Source: Candidatus Eiseniibacteriota bacterium (GTDB taxonomy: Bacteria > Eisenbacteria > RBG-16-71-46 > CAZEPH01). Taken from it: a stretch of DNA of 11,658 nt. Under the pieces are notes generated by a model. The model made no database searches and was not told the origin of the DNA. It saw only the letters and a program-made list of their open reading frames with translations. A program made the translations under genes and the position numbers. The stretch's first letter is position 1, and every line of letters begins with the position of its first letter. Below, in pieces: positions 8,201 to 11,658 of this stretch. The stretch is from assembly GCA_044229145.1 (NCBI GenBank), contig JBGATO010000099.1, forward strand, positions 1 to 11,658, given 5' to 3'.

Positions 8201-9990
8201 GCGCGGGTGACGGCACGTTTTGGCGTCGGGTGGATCGTGTGTCGTCGGCGGGCGCGCCCTATCACTTCGTGCTGCACGACTACACCGCCGACGGCGTGTT
8301 GGACATCACCGCGATCGTGGGCTCGACGGGGCTCCTCGCTCTGTTCGCCGGCACCGGCACGGGGGACTTCACGCTCGCTCAGCAGGTGACCACCGGCGGC
8401 ACCTCCGACATTCTGCTGACGACCGCCGACCTCGATGGCGATGGCGTCGCGGAACTCGTGCTTGGGCCAGATGGGCTCGTGTCGTGCTATCGCGCGGTGT
8501 CCGGCCTGTTGCAGCCGTTCGGCGTAGCGCTGCCGTCCGGAGGCGGAAAACCCGCTCTGTGCGCGGCGGACTTCGATGGCGATGGCCGGCAAGACATCGC
8601 CGCCGCGAATCCGTACGGCTATTCGTTCGGGGTCTACCACAGCGCTCCGGACGGCACATTAGGGACTCCGCTCGCTCTCGCTGGACCCGGCACGCAGCAG
8701 ATGTTGGTGACGGGTGATATCAACGGCGACTCATGGCCGGACATCGTGACCTGCGGATGGTCCGATTCGATCACCGTGTGGCTCGGATCCGCCGCGGGGA
8801 CCTATACGTTTGGTCCCGCGCTCCCGCGGTACACCGGCACGGATGTCCTCGCGCTTGCCGACCTCAATCGCGACGGTATTCTCGACCTGGTTGTCTCGCA
8901 AGAAGGCGATTCATATCTGCACAACTGGGCGGTGAATGTGTTGCTCGGTCACGGAGATGGCAGCTTCACGCAATTCTCAACGTACTATGTGCTCGGCGCC
9001 TCCTACACGATCAACTTCGGCGACTTGAATGAAGACGGCTTCCTCGACATGCTCGTCATGACGGGACGCCTCACCATTTTCTATGGCTCGGGAGACGGCC
9101 GCTTTCCGCGTTCCAAGGACGTTCAGACGTTCATGACAGGCGCGAGTGATCCCGTCGTCGCCGACGTCACGGGAGACGGACATCTCGACTTGGTCGTCCA
9201 CGGGACGCACAGCTTCTCGGTGTATGCCGGGAAGGGCAACGGCGGGCTGCTGGCACCTGTGACGTACACCGCGGCGACCAGTCCGGTGGGTCTCGCGGTC
9301 ACGCAGATGCCCGGCGACGCGTATCCCGACGTGGTGCTGGTCACCGCGAGCGACACCGTGCAGGTGTTTCCGGGACAGGCCGGCGGAAGCTTCGGCGCGC
9401 CGATCACCTCCGCGGCGACAGCCAGCTGCACGGGTGCGTTGTTCGGTGACGTCGACGGCGATGGAGTGTTCGACATCGTCACCGTGAACCAGTGGTCGAA
9501 CGGGATCGGGACATTGCATGGCACGTCCGACAGCCACTTCGAGCGGCCGGTGTGGTACGGCACCAGCGGCACGCCGTTCCCCGGCGCGCTGGTGGACGTG
9601 AATCACGACGGAGCGGCCGATGTCATCTTGGGGAGCGAGACTGATCTCGGCCCGGCGGTGGTGCGCAACACGCACACCGGGAGCGTGACCGGCGCAGAAC
9701 CGCCGTCGAGCTCCACGCCGCGGATGGCCGATCTGCGCATCGCGTCCAGCGGCGGGACGCCGCGCTTCCTGCTCTCGGTTCCGCGTGCATCGCAGGTGAC
9801 GCTCGACATCTGGTCGGTGGACGGCCGCCGCGTGACACGGCTGATCGATGGGTGGTACCCGGCGGGGCGCCACGCGATCGAGGGCGCGCCGCTGCGATCA
9901 GGGCCGCGGCGCCTTGCCGCGGGACTCTACTGGGCACGCTTGTCGTCCTCCGGCACGGCGTGTACCCGGAGGTTCGTGCTCGTGCGGTAG
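5236..9990 (+). CDS. Large secreted FG-GAP/VCBS repeat protein (28 repeats) with C-terminal sorting-like domain (~1584 aa)
   Basis: ATG 5236 with GGGAG at 5224-5228 gives a 31-aa signal peptide ending ASA/GP. 28 repeats of type D-x-[DN]-G-D-G-x-x-D with G-x-G-D-G-T-F turns, a central Ala/Pro/Thr linker, and the ending TRRFVLVR. No catalytic motif recognised. Confidence 0.88.
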   Translation: MRFATSRCPSGWWRAVSALAFLTLSAASASAGPLFGSVYQTFATGAYPACVVLHDMDGDGIADVLTADYSGSTVSVLPGHADGSFGAARKVSLVAGSGPHSIATGDFNEDGIADFAVAEVYLNGLTVFLGTGGGAFGPGQVYGTGILCAYVLADDVDGDGHADLLAANSGSGTVTLLHGDGAGGFQRGWDVTAGTQPECVALADMDLDGVRDLLVSNGSAATVSVLHGLGNGTFGTRTDFASGYPAEQFAVGDLNGDGVPDVALATFKGSIDADHLVVFLGDGVGGFAPRAEYLAQVGSWATAIVDADGDTHLDIVLANSNTRSNSVSIFRGVGDGTFGTATSYPAGPGPNGVVAGDVTGDGHADLLVSDGLSTTVALLRGNGDGTFGQTHTYAAGESPWTLVMADLSGDGQPELVVTDYTRAQVGVFPGLAGGGFGPRVDYAVGSYPTGVAVGDLNGDGTPDLVVANSFSSASSSVSVLLATGGGSFQPRVDVPAGSQAKAVVVADLNGDGHLDIATANYGGGNASVLLGHGDGTFAPHVEYAAGTSPDGIAAADLDGDGDLDLAVANYQSVNVTVLRNGGAGTFSTLSTLSAAGFATGVVATDLSGDGLPDIAVAEQGSYYISVYLSTGEGTFQPRQDVRAVGQPASIAVADVDGDGAVDLVAAAPDLNTVEVHRGNGVGGFFAGETFGTGTYPWSVALADLTGDGRPEVATADYTASTATVLTNTSAASVSRAGAPAATPPAAGEYPASVLAVWAPAARLAGANAGQTRASLTSSRPPADRAPATTTFAPEFSTPFISYPLDGTPSDAVTADVNGDGRPDVVTCLTGGVLADNVELRLGLPGGIFGGTLAAPTGALPVALAATELDGDGRADIVVANKNANSVSILHGHADGTLGDRVDYAVPAQPVAVAVHDLDGDGLVDIAVASTAGQCVSVLRGLGGGAFAAPVVYFVASNPQDVAIGDVDGDGHSDLVVSTSYLSAFSVCFGAGDGTFWRRVDRVSSAGAPYHFVLHDYTADGVLDITAIVGSTGLLALFAGTGTGDFTLAQQVTTGGTSDILLTTADLDGDGVAELVLGPDGLVSCYRAVSGLLQPFGVALPSGGGKPALCAADFDGDGRQDIAAANPYGYSFGVYHSAPDGTLGTPLALAGPGTQQMLVTGDINGDSWPDIVTCGWSDSITVWLGSAAGTYTFGPALPRYTGTDVLALADLNRDGILDLVVSQEGDSYLHNWAVNVLLGHGDGSFTQFSTYYVLGASYTINFGDLNEDGFLDMLVMTGRLTIFYGSGDGRFPRSKDVQTFMTGASDPVVADVTGDGHLDLVVHGTHSFSVYAGKGNGGLLAPVTYTAATSPVGLAVTQMPGDAYPDVVLVTASDTVQVFPGQAGGSFGAPITSAATASCTGALFGDVDGDGVFDIVTVNQWSNGIGTLHGTSDSHFERPVWYGTSGTPFPGALVDVNHDGAADVILGSETDLGPAVVRNTHTGSVTGAEPPSSSTPRMADLRIASSGGTPRFLLSVPRASQVTLDIWSVDGRRVTRLIDGWYPAGRHAIEGAPLRSGPRRLAAGLYWARLSSSGTACTRRFVLVR
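5329..7419 (+). repeat. FG-GAP/VCBS block 1 (14 repeats)
   Basis: 14 loops counted from HDMDGDGIADV to ADLTGDGRPEV; block ends VLTNT. Confidence 0.85.
7612..9672 (+). repeat. FG-GAP/VCBS block 2 (14 repeats, more divergent)
   Basis: 14 loops counted from ADVNGDGRPDV to VDVNHDGAADV, including degenerate HDYTADG and TQMPGDA; block ends VVRNT. Confidence 0.8.
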
Positions 9991-10002
9991 CGCGGGGCTA
10001 GC

Positions 10003-10043
10003 GTGGACGCCTCGTGAGACGACCGCGTCTCCGGGGCGTCCGC
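10003..10043 (+). terminator. Long GC-rich hairpin after the repeat gene; possible terminator or mRNA-stabilising structure, no U-tract
   Basis: GTGGACGCCTCG-T-GAGACG-(ACCG)-CGTCTC-CGGGGCGTCCGC: 18 pairs including two G-U and one bulged T, starting 12 nt after the stop codon. Confidence 0.5.
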
Positions 10044-10094
10044 CGCCACTGTCGGTCCCATGCTGTACCCTGGCCAGGCTGGCACCCGCCTTCC

Positions 10095-10124
10095 TTGACC
10101 CGTCGCGCGGCGGCGCGCTAGCAT
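10095..10124 (+). promoter_or_regulatory. Sigma70-type promoter for dnaE
   Basis: TTGACC (10095-10100), 18-nt spacer, TAGCAT (10119-10124), ending 39 nt before the dnaE ATG. Confidence 0.65.
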
Positions 10125-10163
10125 CCCGGCCTGCCCGACGTGGAAGGAGAGCGCCCCGCCCCG

Positions 10164-11658
10164 ATGTCGTTCGTCCACCTGCACACGCACAGCGAATACA
10201 GTCTGCTCGACGGCGCCCAGGGTCTCGGCGCCATCGTCAAACGCGCCAAGCAGTACGAGATGCCGGCGGTCGCCCTCACCGACCACGGCAACATGTTCGG
10301 CGCGGTGCTGTTCTACGAGAAGTGCAAGGACGCCGGCATCAAGCCGATCCTCGGCTGCGAGATCTACGTCGCGCCCACCAGCCGCTTCGACAAGAACCGC
10401 AAGCCGGGCGGCGGCGAAGCGTACGAGCACATGGTGCTGCTGGCCTCGACGCCCGAGGGCTACACCAACTTGATGGCCCTGGTGAGCAAGGGCTACCTCG
10501 AGGGCTTCTACTACAAGCCGCGCGTCGACGACGAACTGCTGGCGCAGCACAGCAAGGGCTTGATCGCGCTCTCCGGCTGCCCGAGCGGGCGCGTCGGCCT
10601 GGCCATCCGCCAAGGCCGCATGGACGACGCCTACGCCGCCGCCAGCCGCTACGCCGACATCTTCGGGCCGGGCCGCTTCTACCTGGAAATCCAGGATCAC
10701 GGCATGGAGATGGAGCGCGACATCGCGCGCGGCTGCATCGACATCGCCAAGAAGACGGGGCTGCCGCTGGTGGCCACCAACGACAGCCACTATCTCGAAC
10801 GCGCGCACGCCGAGGCCCACGACGCACTGCTGTGCATCGGCACCGGCAAGATGGTCGCCGACAACGATCGCCTGCGCTTCGATTCGCCGGAGACGTACTT
10901 CAAGTCGCCGGAGGAAATGGCGACGCTGTTCGCCGAGCGGCCCGACGCGATCGCCAACACGCTCACCATCGCCGAGATGTGCAACGCATCGATTCCGATG
11001 GGGCAGATGCTGTTGCCGGAGTTCCCGATCCCGGCGGAGTACAAGGACGCCAACGAATACCTGACGGTGCTGAGCCGCGAAGGCCTCGCGCAGCGCTACC
11101 CGGCGACGACGCCGGAGCAGCAAGCCGATCTCGAGGCGCGTCTCCAGTTCGAACTCGACACCATCATCCAGATGGGATTCCCCGGCTACTTCCTCATCAC
11201 GCGCGACTTCACGTCGAAGGCGCGCGAACTCGGCGTGCAGGTGGGGCCGGGGCGTGGCAGCGCGGCGGGCTCGCTCGTCTCGTACGTGCTCGGCATCACC
11301 GACCTCGATCCGATCCGCTTCGGTCTCATCTTCGAGCGGTTCTTGAACCCCGAACGCGTGACGATGCCGGATATCGACATCGACTTCGACGATCGCGGAC
11401 GCGGCAAGGTGATCGAGTACGTCGTCGACAAGTACGGTGCCGACAACGTGACGCAGATCATCACGTTCGGCACGCTGGCCGCGAAGGCGGCGGTGCGCGA
11501 CGTCGCGCGCGTGCTCGGCCTGCCGTTCAGCGAGGTCGACAAGATCGCGAAGCTGGTGCCGGCGGAACTCGGCATGACGCTCGAGAAGGCGCTCGAGCAG
11601 GTGCCGGAGTTGCAGGCGATGGCCGACGCCGATCCGGTGGTCGCGAAGCTGCTCACCA
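10164..11658 (+). CDS. dnaE: DNA polymerase III alpha subunit, 5' part (498 codons visible, truncated by window edge)
   Basis: Manual translation: MSFVHLHTHSEYSLLDGA, ALTDHGNMFG, IKPILGCEIY, GFYYKPRVD, VATNDSHY, GPGRGSAAGSLV, FERFLNPER, catalytic MPDIDIDF (11364-11387), QIITFGTL. Open without a stop to the end. AAGGAG at 10144-10149. Confidence 0.98.
   Translation, partial: MSFVHLHTHSEYSLLDGAQGLGAIVKRAKQYEMPAVALTDHGNMFGAVLFYEKCKDAGIKPILGCEIYVAPTSRFDKNRKPGGGEAYEHMVLLASTPEGYTNLMALVSKGYLEGFYYKPRVDDELLAQHSKGLIALSGCPSGRVGLAIRQGRMDDAYAAASRYADIFGPGRFYLEIQDHGMEMERDIARGCIDIAKKTGLPLVATNDSHYLERAHAEAHDALLCIGTGKMVADNDRLRFDSPETYFKSPEEMATLFAERPDAIANTLTIAEMCNASIPMGQMLLPEFPIPAEYKDANEYLTVLSREGLAQRYPATTPEQQADLEARLQFELDTIIQMGFPGYFLITRDFTSKARELGVQVGPGRGSAAGSLVSYVLGITDLDPIRFGLIFERFLNPERVTMPDIDIDFDDRGRGKVIEYVVDKYGADNVTQIITFGTLAAKAAVRDVARVLGLPFSEVDKIAKLVPAELGMTLEKALEQVPELQAMADADPVVAKLLT

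Noticed and set aside
5329..9672. Recurrent GACGGCGACGG-like DNA as a CRISPR array, DGR or tandem DNA repeat
   Set aside because: Explained by D-G-D-G codons with synonymous variation; no identical repeats with spacers, and no cas or reverse transcriptase gene.
10016..10031. Back-to-back BsmBI sites (GAGACG/CGTCTC) suggesting a cloning scar
   Set aside because: They are simply the inner stem of a larger natural hairpin; no vector sequence seen.
9927..11656. Minus-strand ORFs 9927..11123, 10339..10827, 10790..11053 and 11186..11656
   Set aside because: Antisense shadows of dnaE, which occupies the + strand with all expected motifs.
10164..11658. Intein, split gene or frameshift in dnaE
   Set aside because: Visible part translates continuously and colinearly with typical DnaE; the region beyond the window cannot be assessed.

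Overview
High-GC (roughly 70%) bacterial chromosomal segment with five co-oriented + strand genes. In order: a two-domain GH3 beta-N-acetylhexosaminidase (nagZ-like, probable start 201); pyrE, overlapping it by ATGA; a secreted S8 subtilisin-like protease with a GWP/FG-GAP repeat region; a secreted ~1584-aa protein with 28 FG-GAP/VCBS repeats in two 14-repeat blocks; and the 5' part of dnaE (absent from the ORF track because it runs off the window). Both secreted proteins end in a related ~85-90-aa domain terminating in R-x-V-L-V-R-stop. It resembles a T9SS type A / FlgD-like C-terminal sorting domain but lacks the usual PNP motif. That, with the GC content, suggests (inference only) a non-Bacteroidota FCB-related lineage such as Ca. 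Eisenbacteria. Three sigma70-like promoters are readable, two of which share -10 box, spacing and a 12-bp spacer sequence. A long hairpin lies between the repeat gene and dnaE. A divergent gene probably starts at the left edge. No mobile element, RNA gene or CRISPR array was seen.
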